A DNA stretch of 64,000 nucleotides from Candidatus Multivoradales bacterium (GTDB lineage Bacteria; Acidobacteriota; Thermoanaerobaculia; Multivoradales; Multivoraceae): positions 2,080,001 to 2,144,000 of the forward strand of contig CBDCWI010000002.1 of the NCBI GenBank assembly GCA_965223325.1, read 5' to 3'. The notes under the pieces were generated by a model, which was not told the origin of the DNA, did not search any database, and saw only the letters and a program-made list of their open reading frames with translations. A program made the translations under genes and the position numbers. This document shows, one piece after another, positions 40,801-50,894 of this stretch (position 1 is its first letter; every line of letters begins with the position of its first letter).

Positions 40801-40859
40801 AGTCACGGACTACACAGCCATCGGACCCGAAGGCACCGCACAGAGCGAAGCTGCCGCGA

Positions 40860-41068
40860 AGCTCAGCCCGATCGAAGCTTCGGTGCACGCCGGCCTCTAC
40901 GGCCACACCGACTTCATGGCGGCCGACGACTCCAAAGGTGACGGCACTCCTGGCCAGCCCGGCACCAACCTGGTCAGCAACACCCTGGTCGACTGGATCC
41001 TCGCGCGAGCCACCGGACAGGCTCGGGTGCCGACGGCACAAGAGCAGGGGGTCGTCGACTGGTCCTGA
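40860..41068 (+). pseudogene. Orphan C-terminal gene fragment, possibly of a hydrolase
   Basis: VHAGLYGHTDFMAAD...VSNTLVDWILARA with no plausible start. Confidence 0.35.
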
Positions 41069-41098
41069 TCGAAGTCACCGGGGTACGGACCCCGCTTT

Positions 41099-41156
41099 AC
41101 CTAGACAGCCGAGGCAACCTTGAACTAGCCTCGTCGTATACCAAGACTGTCTAGGT
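41099..41156. promoter_or_regulatory. Two CCTAGA-n3-TCTAGG-like candidate PadR operators
   Basis: CCTAGA-cag-CCGAGG (41100-41114) and CCAAGA-ctg-TCTAGG (41141-41155) upstream of the ADOP permease. Confidence 0.55.
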
Positions 41157-41179
41157 TCTATCTGGATCGCGCTACCACC

Positions 41180-43870
41180 ATGAGTCCTCGCCGCACGTCG
41201 ACCCGCTCCCCACTCTGGCGCCGCAAGGTCGAGGACGAGGTGAGCGACGAGCTCGAGTTCCACTTCGAGATGCGCGTCCGCGAGTATCTCGCGCAGGGTC
41301 TCGGCGAGACGGTCGCGAGAGCGAGAGCCCACGACAAGATGGGTGATCTCGCCGACCTCGAAGATCGCTGCCGCAGGCTCGCCCGGCGGCGTGACCGTCA
41401 CCTCGACTTTCGAGATCTCGTGCGCGACCTTCTCCAGGACATCCGAGCGGCGATGCGCCAAATCCGTCGGGAGCCTGGCTTCGCACTCTCCGGCGCTGTG
41501 GTACTTGCTCTCGGCATCGGAGCGGTGACCACCGTCTTCGGCATCGTGCAACCGGTCCTTCTGGATACCCTGCCCCTCGAGCGCGCAGAGCGCCTACTGA
41601 GCTTGGGAGTCGAAGCCTTCGGCGGCGACGGCTCCCATCCCGGTGCTCCCAGTGCCGAGCGCCAGGAGACGGTCGCGCCCGTCGAAGTCGCCGGTTGGCA
41701 ACAACACGGCGATACACTCGAACGGCTCGGCGCTTGGGTCCCCGGAGGCTTCACAGTGGAAGTCGACCGGCTCCCGACCCGGGTCGATGGAGTCTGGATA
41801 GGAGAAGGCCTGCTCGAGCTTCTCCGCCTCTCGCCGACCCTCGGGCGGGGCTTCGGTGCGCGAGAGCACCGGAGCTCGGTGAACGTCGTCTTGATCTCCG
41901 AGCGTCTCTGGCGCGACGCCTACGCGGCTCAGCCCTCGGTCCTGGGGAGCACCCTGCGCCTCGAAGGAGAGCCTTACGAAATCGTGGGGGTACTTCCCGG
42001 CGCGGTCCAGCATCTGTGGCCGACCCTGGATGTCGCCATCCCACTCGTGCTCACCGAAGAGATTCTTCAGCAGCGAGCTTCGTACCTGCACTGCATTGCT
42101 CGGCTTCGAGATGGCGTCGACCTCGAAACGGCGCGAGCGGCACTCAGCCTCGCCCAGGAACGCACCAATCGGGCTCGCCCAGAGGACGAGCGACGTGCGA
42201 TCTCTATCCTGCCGCTCGAGCGCAGCCTCGTCACCTCGACGCGGCCGAGACTCTGGTTGCTCTTCGGCTCTGTGATCACGGTGCTGCTGGTCGCCTGCAC
42301 CAACGTGGCCAACCTGCTCCTGGCCCGTGCCCTCGGCCGAGACCGCGAGCTCGGAGTGCGAGCCGCCCTCGGCGCCGGCCGAGGACGGATCCTGCGGCAG
42401 CTGCTCACCGAGGGCCTCGTGCTCACGACCATCGCGGCCACCGCCGGCGTAGCGGCGGCAAACTTCGTGCTTCGTACCGTCGCCGACGGCGCAGCCTCCT
42501 GGTCTTCGGTTCCTGGCATTGAACGCGCCACCCTCTCACCGACTGTGCTCGTCTTCGCGGCGGCAGTGATCGTAGTCTCCACACTCCTCTCGGGCCTCGT
42601 ACCAGCGCTACGCGCCGCGAAGCACGCCACGACCCGCCTCCGCACACGAGCGAGCTCTGCCACACAGGGACGACTGCACGAAGCTCTCGTTGCCATTCAG
42701 GTGGCCGCTGCGCTGATGCTGTTGTCGGCCTCTGGTCTGCTCGTTCGCAGCGCCATCAGCGAAGGTCGCACCGAGCTCGGCTTTCGCCCCGAGGGTCTGC
42801 TCACCGCTCAGCTTTCGCTACCGGTGGCGGACTATCCCGAAAAGGACGACGTCGTGCGCGCGGCTCTCGACATGCAGGAGCGAGCCCTGCGAATTCCGGG
42901 CGTCTTGCACGCTGCCGTGGGCAGCAGGGTTGCCCTGGCCGGGCCACAGCTCGGGGTCGTCTACCTTCGACCCGACCAGCCCGAGCGAACACTGAATGCC
43001 GAGCTCCGTTTGATCTCACCCGACTACTTCTCGACCTTGGCAACGCCGATCCTCGAAGGACGTGAGTTCCGCAGGGTCGATCACCAGGGAGCCCCACCGG
43101 TGGTCGTGGTCAATTGGAGCTTCGCTAAGGCACTGTGGCCGGAGGGTGGAGCCATCGGGAGGCACCTGACCACCGCCCATGGCGCTCTCGTGGGGGGCCA
43201 GGGCGAGCCGCTCGTCCTCGAAGTCGTCGGCATCGTCGCCGATGCTCGCGACGACGGCCTCCGCCAGGAGCCGAGAGCCACGGCCTATATCTCGCTGGCG
43301 CAAACTCCGGCCGGACCCCTGCAGTGGACCGGCAACACCATGATGTGGCTGCTACGGACTCAGCAGGAGCCGACGGAGCTGGTCGAGCCGCTCCGTCGCA
43401 CTCTGGCGCAGGCGGCTCCTGGAGTCCCCGCCTTCAACGTCGCCACGATGGAGAGACGCGTGCGCGGCGCGCTCGCGCTGGGTCGCGTCAACGCTCTGCT
43501 CTTCTCCGGACTCGGCCTGACAGCCCTGTTCGTCGCCCTCGGTGGTATCTACGGTCTCACGGCATTCGTGGTGTCGCGGCGAGAATTCGAGATCGGCGTG
43601 CGGCTCGCATTGGGCGCCACGAAGAAACGCATCTTGCGCGACATCGTCGGCCGCGCCCTGCTGCCGGTGCTGGCCGGAGTCGCGATCGGGTGTCTGGCTG
43701 CCATGCCTCTCGGGCGGCTCCTCGAATCTCAACTGGTCGGCGCAGGCGTCGATGCGTTCACCGTCGCGGGCGTGATCGCCCTGGTCGTCCTGACCGCATT
43801 CGGCGCAAGTCTGGCGCCGGCACGGCGTACGGCCAAGATCGACCCGGCTCGTATCCTGGGTGCCGACTGA
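41180..43870 (+). CDS. ADOP-type ABC permease with permease-prefix domain
   Basis: EDEVSDELEFHFEMR prefix; LLVACTNVANLLLAR, RELGVRAALGAGR, EIGVRLALGA. Confidence 0.92.
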   Translation: MSPRRTSTRSPLWRRKVEDEVSDELEFHFEMRVREYLAQGLGETVARARAHDKMGDLADLEDRCRRLARRRDRHLDFRDLVRDLLQDIRAAMRQIRREPGFALSGAVVLALGIGAVTTVFGIVQPVLLDTLPLERAERLLSLGVEAFGGDGSHPGAPSAERQETVAPVEVAGWQQHGDTLERLGAWVPGGFTVEVDRLPTRVDGVWIGEGLLELLRLSPTLGRGFGAREHRSSVNVVLISERLWRDAYAAQPSVLGSTLRLEGEPYEIVGVLPGAVQHLWPTLDVAIPLVLTEEILQQRASYLHCIARLRDGVDLETARAALSLAQERTNRARPEDERRAISILPLERSLVTSTRPRLWLLFGSVITVLLVACTNVANLLLARALGRDRELGVRAALGAGRGRILRQLLTEGLVLTTIAATAGVAAANFVLRTVADGAASWSSVPGIERATLSPTVLVFAAAVIVVSTLLSGLVPALRAAKHATTRLRTRASSATQGRLHEALVAIQVAAALMLLSASGLLVRSAISEGRTELGFRPEGLLTAQLSLPVADYPEKDDVVRAALDMQERALRIPGVLHAAVGSRVALAGPQLGVVYLRPDQPERTLNAELRLISPDYFSTLATPILEGREFRRVDHQGAPPVVVVNWSFAKALWPEGGAIGRHLTTAHGALVGGQGEPLVLEVVGIVADARDDGLRQEPRATAYISLAQTPAGPLQWTGNTMMWLLRTQQEPTELVEPLRRTLAQAAPGVPAFNVATMERRVRGALALGRVNALLFSGLGLTALFVALGGIYGLTAFVVSRREFEIGVRLALGATKKRILRDIVGRALLPVLAGVAIGCLAAMPLGRLLESQLVGAGVDAFTVAGVIALVVLTAFGASLAPARRTAKIDPARILGAD

Positions 43871-43939
43871 CACTCGAGCCGTCACGGTAGTACTTCAGTA
43901 CTTCGTTGGAGGAGTACTGCGTAGAGGTCGAGCCACGGA

Positions 43940-44623
43940 CTACGAGCTCAACTGCGCCTCGAGCGTCGCTCGAAAAGTCGTCGCGGCGTCCGCCTCGAGC
44001 ACGTCACCGTGGGCCATCACGACCCGCTCGATCGGGAGCTCGAAGAGGCGACGACACGAGGCACTGAAGGCGGCCTTGTCTTTGATCATCGACTTGAAGA
44101 GACGGCTGACGGCGAATCGGCCGTAGGTCCCGAAGACCCGGAAGAACAGACGAGTCGCCAGGTTGTGGCCGTGCGGCTTGTGGAAGACCAGGTCGGTCGC
44201 GATCAAGGTGCCACTGGCCCGGTGGAAGAGCACGTGCTCGCGGAACTTGGGCATGCCCTCGATGGCGAAGACCTCGATGCCCGGCCACAGCTCCCCCGGC
44301 TCGAGCTCGCGATCGGGCTCGAAGCCCGTCTTCTCTTTCAGTCCAGCAGGACCCCACACCTGGGCTTCGGTCCAGCGCTCCTTCGCTTTGCCTAGGAAGA
44401 AGTGGTGAAAGAGGTTCGGTGCCACCAGGTGGCGCACCGCACCCAGGGCATCGATCGAAGCCGCGGTGGCGTCGTCGAGGTCCGTCGGCGACACCAGGAG
44501 CAGGCCGCCGTCGTCCGGCAACCGGATGCCCGTCATCCGGGTATCCACGCGGAAACCTGGCCCGGGCGACACGTCGCCTGTGACACTGAAGAGATCGGTG
44601 CCGATCGGGATGAGCTCCGTCAT
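43940..44623 (-). CDS. DUF4336 domain protein (paralog of 24557-25249)
   Basis: Start re-set to the ATG at 44623 after AAGGAG; TRMTGIRL, VAPNLFHHF, GMPKFRE, VMAHG. Confidence 0.85.
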   Translation of the reverse strand: MTELIPIGTDLFSVTGDVSPGPGFRVDTRMTGIRLPDDGGLLLVSPTDLDDATAASIDALGAVRHLVAPNLFHHFFLGKAKERWTEAQVWGPAGLKEKTGFEPDRELEPGELWPGIEVFAIEGMPKFREHVLFHRASGTLIATDLVFHKPHGHNLATRLFFRVFGTYGRFAVSRLFKSMIKDKAAFSASCRRLFELPIERVVMAHGDVLEADAATTFRATLEAQLSS

Positions 44624-44776
44624 TACAGCTCCTTTCAGACGCGGCTCGAGGCCAACTGGCGGAGTTTCTCGGTTTCGAAGTGAGCGAAGCCTACTGCGAC
44701 CTCGGTTCATCTGTCGTTGTAGAAGACTCGCCACTACTGTGCTCGAGCGATTCATCAAGGAAGGGCTGGAAGAACC

Positions 44777-45274
44777 ATGATTCACCGTCACCTGGAGCTC
44801 CAGCCCGGAATCTCGATTCAGGAGATGCCCCTGGCGGCAATACAAGATCTCCTCGAACGAGGAGACCTGGACAGCTGGCGCATCCTCCTCGAACACATCT
44901 ACGAGAACCCCAACAGTGAGCTCGTGCAAAGGGTCGCCCGACTGGTTGATGTCTATCCGATGTACGGAACGTCTCCCCTGATCCGCGCTTTGATCGGGCT
45001 CTGTCGATTCCGAGGCGGCCGCCAGGTCGATCGAAAGCGGGGTTCGCTCGCAGAGTTGAGGCGGTCGCTCGGAAAGACACAGGTCCAGGTTGCCGAAGCG
45101 ATGGGCGTGTCGCAGTCGGACTACTCGAAACTTGAACGACGAAGGGACGTGAGGATCTCGACATTGCAGGCGGCTGCCTCCGCGATGAACGGGCGGCTCA
45201 AACTCCTCGTCGAGATGCCAGAGGGTAAATTCGAGGTCGTCCTGAACTCCGACAAGAAGGGCGGCACGAGGTAG
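44777..45274 (+). CDS. XRE/HigA-like HTH antitoxin with an N-terminal extra domain
   Basis: SLAELRRSLGKTQVQVAEAMGVSQSDYSKLERRRDVRISTL; N-terminal MIHRHL..LAAIQDLLERGDLDSW. Confidence 0.8.
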   Translation: MIHRHLELQPGISIQEMPLAAIQDLLERGDLDSWRILLEHIYENPNSELVQRVARLVDVYPMYGTSPLIRALIGLCRFRGGRQVDRKRGSLAELRRSLGKTQVQVAEAMGVSQSDYSKLERRRDVRISTLQAAASAMNGRLKLLVEMPEGKFEVVLNSDKKGGTR

Positions 45275-45283
45275 AGGCCTTCT

Positions 45284-46316
45284 TGACAAGGTGCAGGGGG
45301 ACGAGAAGGGGAGACAAGAAGGGGCCACACATTTGAGGCTGTTTCGTCAAGGCACGTACTTTCCCCATCGCGGCCTCGGTCTCCGGCCGTTCGTCTTGGC
45401 CTTCTTTCGCTCGTAGTAGCGGCGGGCGGGAGACGGATGTCGCCGGAAGGAGCTGGATCGGAAGGGCTATGACGCCTGGCGACCTGGGCACCTTCGAGGT
45501 GGCCACGTGCCGATGGGGGCGGCTGGTTTCGACTCGCTGCTGGTGGAGCCATCGCAAGGTGATGGGCCTCGTTTGCGTCCTCTTCAGGGTAGAGGAGGTT
45601 CTCTACCCTGGCATCGCCATGCCCTGGCGTCTATCGGCCGCGCAGACCGAAGGCGTCCCCGCTCTACGCGCTGATCGAGAAGGTCTACGACGCGGTCAAG
45701 GCCTCGTGGGAGGTGCGTTTCGAGAGGTCGTATGGCCGCTGGCGCGGGTGTCTCGATGATCCTGTGTACGCCTTTCTCGACTGCGGCATCCTCGAGCGGG
45801 GCTTCGCGAGAGTGGTCTGCGACGCCTGCAAGAACGAGTACCTGGTCGCCTTCTCCTGTTCCCGCCGCGGCATCTGCCCTTGCTGCGACGCCAAACGCGG
45901 TGCCATCCTGGGAGTCTTCCTGCGCGAGGAGGTGGTGGAGGACGTCGGCCACTGCCTTTGGACGTTCACGTTGCCGAAGCTCCTGCGCCCCTACTTCCTG
46001 CATCGGCGCTCTTTGCTCGGCGAGTTGCAGCGCGCCGCCTACGAGACGGTGGCGGAGCTGATCGCAGGAGCGGCGCCAGGGACCAGGCCGGGCATGGTGG
46101 CAGCCGTCCACACCGCCGCCTCGGATCTGCGCTGGCATCCGCATGTCCACGCCATCACCACCCGCGGCGGTTTCGACCGGGACGGCGCATGGCATCCGGT
46201 GCCCTACGTCGACGAGCATTCAGCCGAGCGTGCTGTTTCGCCAGAAAGTGATCGGCCTGCTCCACGACGAGGGGCTGCTCTCCCAGGACAGGCTCGAGGT
46301 GCTCGACGCCTGGAAG
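45284..46316 (+). mobile_element. IS91-family element 5' remnant, copy 2 (frameshifted near 46230, truncated)
   Basis: Zn domain plus WHPHVH HUH motif; continues in another frame as LFRQKVIGLLHDEGLLSQDRLEVLDAWK and then ends. Confidence 0.9.
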
Positions 46317-46759
46317 TCAGCCGCTGAACATAGCAACGGAATCGCACCGGCTCTAGCGGAGACGTGTTGAGTTGAGCGACATCACGCCAGCCGACCGCGT
46401 GGCTGGCAAGCAGGCCCCAACGAAAGCGCCTCGACAACACCGCTTGGCAGTGAGTCAGGTCAACACCGAAACCGTTCTGGCCGGCACGACTCCTGCTCTC
46501 GACCATGCTCTGGATCGCAGTGCTGAAGGTTCCAAGTGGCCCGTCTTCCTAGAGAAACGCACAGCGAGAATGGCACGCACCTCGGACCGCCTGCGACCGT
46601 CGACGAACCTCGGGTAGCGATCCCGTTGGGAGTATCGGAGAAGCTCTCCACGACAGCGTTCTCCTGGCGATCGGCGTCTCGGCTCGAGCTTCCACCACTT
46701 GCGTTCCATGGTCCTCGAGCTGCCCCCGGTGGGCATTGCCCAAGTATTCCGAACCCGAG

Positions 46760-49700
46760 CTACCAGGAGTCGATAAGCGGCCGCTTCTTGCCCGTTCTCC
46801 GAATGGGGCGAGGCGTAGCAGCGAGTGCGCGCAAGAGCCACTGGCGACTCTCTGCGGGATCGATCACGGCATCGATTTCGAGGAAGCTCGCCGCGTTCAC
46901 AGCTTCGCCGCGTTCGTACATCTCCGCTACAAGTGACTCGAACCGCTCGCGTCTCGAGTCGGCGTCCGCGATCGACTCGAGCTCGCGCCGGAAGGTGAGC
47001 CGTACCGCCCCTTCGAGACCCATCGAGCCGAACTCGCCACTCGGCCACGCTGCCGTCAGCAAGGGACGAGAGAAGCCGCCAACCGCCATGGCCATAGCGC
47101 CCAGGCCATAGCTCTTGCGCAAGACCAGAGTCATCACGGGAACCGTCATGCTCGCTGCTGCCAGGAAAATCCGCGAGACGTGTCGAAGGGTGGCTCGTCT
47201 CTCGGACTCGGGTCCGACCATGAAGCCTGGTGTATCGCAGAGCGAGACCACGGGAAGATCGTGCGCATCACAGAGCTGTAGGAAGCGCGCGATCTTGTCG
47301 GCGGCCGCCCCATCGATGGCACCACCCAGGTGCTGTGGATTGTTGGCGAACAGACCAAGTGCTCGACCCTCGATTCGTACTAGGGCGGTCACCACGTTGG
47401 GAGCGAACTTCGCGCGCAGTTCGAGTACCGACCCATGGTCAGCCAGGGCCTCGATCGGTTGGTGCACGTCATAGGCACGAAGACGGTTCAGAGGGATGGC
47501 GTGACGCAGCAGTCTCTTATCGGGCGACTCCCAGGTTTCGACGTCGCCCTGGAAGTACGTCAGGTAGCGTTTGGTGGCGAGCACTGCCTCGGCCTCATCT
47601 TCGACCAGGAGATCGACGGCACCGCTGGCGGCCAGGTCACTCGCCGGCCCGATTTCCTCCGCGGTGAATCTCCCCAGGCCCGAAGCTTCGATCATCGCTG
47701 GCCCGGCCAAGCCGAGGCTGGCCTTGCGAGTCGCAACGACGACATCACAAAGACCACACAAAGCGGCATTCCCTGCAAAGCAGTAACTGCCAACAATCGC
47801 GACGGTAGGGACCAGCCCCGAGAGCTCTGCCATCGCTGCGAAGGTGTGTAGATCGAGCGCTGCCACCGCCGGATAGTCGGTGTCGTGAGGCCGGCCGCCT
47901 CCTCCTTCTCCGAAAAGAACCAATGGCAGCTGCCATCTGTGGGCCAGGGCGAGAAGGCGATCGGTCTTCTTGTGGTTCATGAAGCCCTGAGTGCCCGCCA
48001 TCACGGTCGCGTCGTAGGCCATGACGGCACAACGGGAATCTTCTTTGCCGAAAAGCTCTGCATTGATCGTTCCGGTGCCGGTGATCAAACCGTCAGCCGG
48101 GCTTATCTGGATCAGCTTCTCAACGGAGTGGCGACGCCGCTGGGCGGCTAGCGCCAGGGCCCCGTACTCGTTGAAGCTACCGTCGTCGAGAAGGTCGGTC
48201 ACGTTTTCGCGAGCGGTTCGCAGCCCGGCTTGGTGGCGGCGCCTCACAGCATCTTCGCGGTTCTGGTCGAGTAGATGTGCATGGCGCGAGCGCACCTCGG
48301 CGAGATCAGGACGTATGGAATCGAGATCGATGTCCGTCCTCGCAGCGCTGCTCGCATGGTTCGACTCGTCGATCTCGACAACCGCGAGCAGCTCTCCCTC
48401 GTCGATCAACTCACCAATGGCTCTGACTGGGACCTCGCGCACGATTCCTGCGCACGGAGAGACGACCTCGAACTCCATCTTGAGCGCTTCGAGACGTGCG
48501 ACCGACTGCCCGACGTGGACGGAATCGCCGACATCAACGAGCAGAGCGGAGAGTGCGCCAGCCGACGAAGAAAAGATTCCAGCGTGGCCAGCTGGTATCT
48601 CAATGGTCTCACGGACACTCAGTGCGCTGTTGACATCTCCAAAGAAGAGGTCGCCATGATCGCGCTCGGCGAGCAGGTCTTCGAGTGTCTCCTCGACGAA
48701 GCCCGTCGTCAGGTGATTGGAGACCACCTCTTCACGGGCCAACAAGTTGAGAAGCAGGCCACGGTTGCTCACGACTCCGTCGAGGCGAAGTTCACGAAGG
48801 GCAAGACGGAGTCTCTCGAGCGCGGTTTCGTAGGCATGCCCAACGGCGATCAGCTTACAGGCCATCGGATCGTAGTTCGGGTTGACTCGGTAGCCGGCGT
48901 AGAGGCAGTCGTCCACCCGCACCCCAGGTCCGCTGGGGATCTCGTACTCGGCAACCGTTCCCGATGCGGGCTTGGTGTTGCCATCTGCCGTCACAGATTC
49001 GAGGTAGACGCGAGCCTGAATTGCCGAGCCTCTTGGTGGCGGTGACTCTGCAACTCCCAACTCGCGCAGAGACCGGCCGCTGGCGATTTGAAGCTGTAGG
49101 GCAACCAGATCGAGACCGGTGATTTCTTCCGTAACCGTGTGCTCGACCTGGATGCGTGGATTCACTTCGAGGAAGTAGAAGCGCGCCGGGTCTATGGCAT
49201 CAACAAGGAACTCGAAGGTGCCCAGGCCTTGATAGCCGATGTTCTTTGCCATACGCACCGAAGCCTCGAGAATCGCGCTACGTTGGGACTCCGAAAGTGT
49301 CGGGCTCGGGGCTGTCTCGATCAGTTTCTGGTTGCGGCGCTGCAGAGTGCACTCTCGCTCCCATAGATGCACCACACCCCCGTCGTGATCCGCGAGGATT
49401 TGCACCTCGATGTGGCGGGCGTCGGTCACGAGCTGCTCGACATAGAGATCGCCCAGCCCGAAGGCGATCTCTGCCTCCTTCCGGCAGACGTCGTAGGCAT
49501 TGGCGAGCTCTGCTCGTGTATTCACTGCCCGCATGCCGCGGCCACCCCCGCCCGCAAGAGCCTTGATCATGACGGCCCCGCCGGGACCGAGTTGGTCGAA
49601 GAACTCCTCGATCTCACTGAGAGAACAGCTCGAGCTGATCCCCGGAACCACCGGGACATCGCTCTGGGCGGCCATCTGCCGTGCCTCTGCTTTGTCTCCG

Positions 49701-50080
49701 AGACGCTCGATCAGTGGCGCCTCGGGACCGATGAAGCAGAGTCCCGCTGCTTCGCAGCGTGCTGCAAAGCTTGCGTTCTCAGACAAGAACCCGTAGCCCG
49801 GGTGCACTCCATCGCAATCTTGCTCCCGCGCGATTCGGATCAGCTGCTCCTGGTCCAGGTACGCACCGACTCCCCTTCCGACCAGCGGCACTGCCCGGCC
49901 GCCGCGCTTTCTGTGCAGCGATGATTCGTCGTCCTCGGCGTAAACTGCGACAGTTTCGATCGCCAGAGAGGGTGCCGTGCGGGCGATCCGAATCGCAATC
50001 TCGCCGCGGTTGGCAATGAGAAGACGGCGCAAGTCAGCCATTCCTGTAGTCCTCGAGAGCGGGGGCCGGTGTCGTTGCAT
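46760..50080 (-). CDS. Single-chain acyl-CoA carboxylase (biotin carboxylase + biotin carrier + carboxyltransferase); start may be the ATG at 50041
   Basis: LLIANRGEIA, HPGYGFLSEN, GGGGRGMR, FLEVNPRIQVEH, EALKM, EGGGGRP, DTPGFMVG. Confidence 0.93.
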   Translation of the reverse strand: MQRHRPPLSRTTGMADLRRLLIANRGEIAIRIARTAPSLAIETVAVYAEDDESSLHRKRGGRAVPLVGRGVGAYLDQEQLIRIAREQDCDGVHPGYGFLSENASFAARCEAAGLCFIGPEAPLIERLGDKAEARQMAAQSDVPVVPGISSSCSLSEIEEFFDQLGPGGAVMIKALAGGGGRGMRAVNTRAELANAYDVCRKEAEIAFGLGDLYVEQLVTDARHIEVQILADHDGGVVHLWERECTLQRRNQKLIETAPSPTLSESQRSAILEASVRMAKNIGYQGLGTFEFLVDAIDPARFYFLEVNPRIQVEHTVTEEITGLDLVALQLQIASGRSLRELGVAESPPPRGSAIQARVYLESVTADGNTKPASGTVAEYEIPSGPGVRVDDCLYAGYRVNPNYDPMACKLIAVGHAYETALERLRLALRELRLDGVVSNRGLLLNLLAREEVVSNHLTTGFVEETLEDLLAERDHGDLFFGDVNSALSVRETIEIPAGHAGIFSSSAGALSALLVDVGDSVHVGQSVARLEALKMEFEVVSPCAGIVREVPVRAIGELIDEGELLAVVEIDESNHASSAARTDIDLDSIRPDLAEVRSRHAHLLDQNREDAVRRRHQAGLRTARENVTDLLDDGSFNEYGALALAAQRRRHSVEKLIQISPADGLITGTGTINAELFGKEDSRCAVMAYDATVMAGTQGFMNHKKTDRLLALAHRWQLPLVLFGEGGGGRPHDTDYPAVAALDLHTFAAMAELSGLVPTVAIVGSYCFAGNAALCGLCDVVVATRKASLGLAGPAMIEASGLGRFTAEEIGPASDLAASGAVDLLVEDEAEAVLATKRYLTYFQGDVETWESPDKRLLRHAIPLNRLRAYDVHQPIEALADHGSVLELRAKFAPNVVTALVRIEGRALGLFANNPQHLGGAIDGAAADKIARFLQLCDAHDLPVVSLCDTPGFMVGPESERRATLRHVSRIFLAAASMTVPVMTLVLRKSYGLGAMAMAVGGFSRPLLTAAWPSGEFGSMGLEGAVRLTFRRELESIADADSRRERFESLVAEMYERGEAVNAASFLEIDAVIDPAESRQWLLRALAATPRPIRRTGKKRPLIDSW

Positions 50081-50190
50081 GCCTCGGATCCGAAGACCTC
50101 GTTCGTCGGTTCATCTGCTAGTCTCTTCGTGAAGGTAGGAAGGCGATGGCGTTCTCCTGTCAGCTAGCCTGATGTCGGGCAGCACTTCCG

Positions 50191-50859
50191 ATGCAAAACA
50201 TGGGCCTGAGAGAGCGCAAGAAGAGGGAGACGCGGCAGCGGTTGCTCGATGCAGCCGAATCCATGTTTTCACAACGGTACTTCGATGACGTGACGATCGA
50301 GAGCATCGTTGAGCAGGCCAACGTCAGCCAGAAAACGTTCTTCAACTACTTCTCGAGCAAGTCGCAGCTGCTGAAAGAACTGCTTCTCGATTGGATGAAG
50401 TCCACCCAGCAGTGGCCAGCGAGCGTGGAGCCCGGGCTGACGGCGTATTCGGCGATTACACCCTCGAACATCGACGAGATCCTGGACTGGGTCGTCGAGC
50501 ATCGCCGGATCCTCAAGATGGCGGTCAAGCACACAGATTTCTTTGACTACATCTATGTGCTCGATCGCGACGCTGGAGATGACGAGTACCATCTCTTCTC
50601 GAGAATTCGCAGGCCGCGCCTGCTCCGGGTGGAGCGGGCTCAGGAGCGCGGCTTGCTGCGAGCCGACATTTCGGCACGCGGCGTCTGCAATCTCTACGAC
50701 TCCCTGCGCATGGAAGTCGTTCGACGCTGGTTGTACCAGCCCGATGAACTAGCAACTCGCGAGGCCCTGGATGACCGCTACTACGAGGCCGTCGAGGTCC
50801 TGATCTCGGGCCTCGCACTCGAGAGGGCTGCGATTCCAGAAACCGCCGCGACCAGATGA
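50191..50859 (+). CDS. TetR/AcrR family regulator
   Basis: GLRERKKRETRQRL, ANVSQKTFFNYFSSK. Confidence 0.92.
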   Translation: MQNMGLRERKKRETRQRLLDAAESMFSQRYFDDVTIESIVEQANVSQKTFFNYFSSKSQLLKELLLDWMKSTQQWPASVEPGLTAYSAITPSNIDEILDWVVEHRRILKMAVKHTDFFDYIYVLDRDAGDDEYHLFSRIRRPRLLRVERAQERGLLRADISARGVCNLYDSLRMEVVRRWLYQPDELATREALDDRYYEAVEVLISGLALERAAIPETAATR

Positions 50860-50894
50860 CGGCCAACCGATGGGTCACCTGACGCAGCGAGCTC

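Noticed and set aside
43940-45328. 462-aa ORF as annotated in the track
   Set aside because: The N-terminal half is the antisense shadow of the HTH gene; the real gene starts at ATG 44623.
46600-46700. IS3-family integrase remnant (minus-strand QENAVVESF)
   Set aside because: Only a 9-residue resemblance with no flanking similarity; too weak to call.
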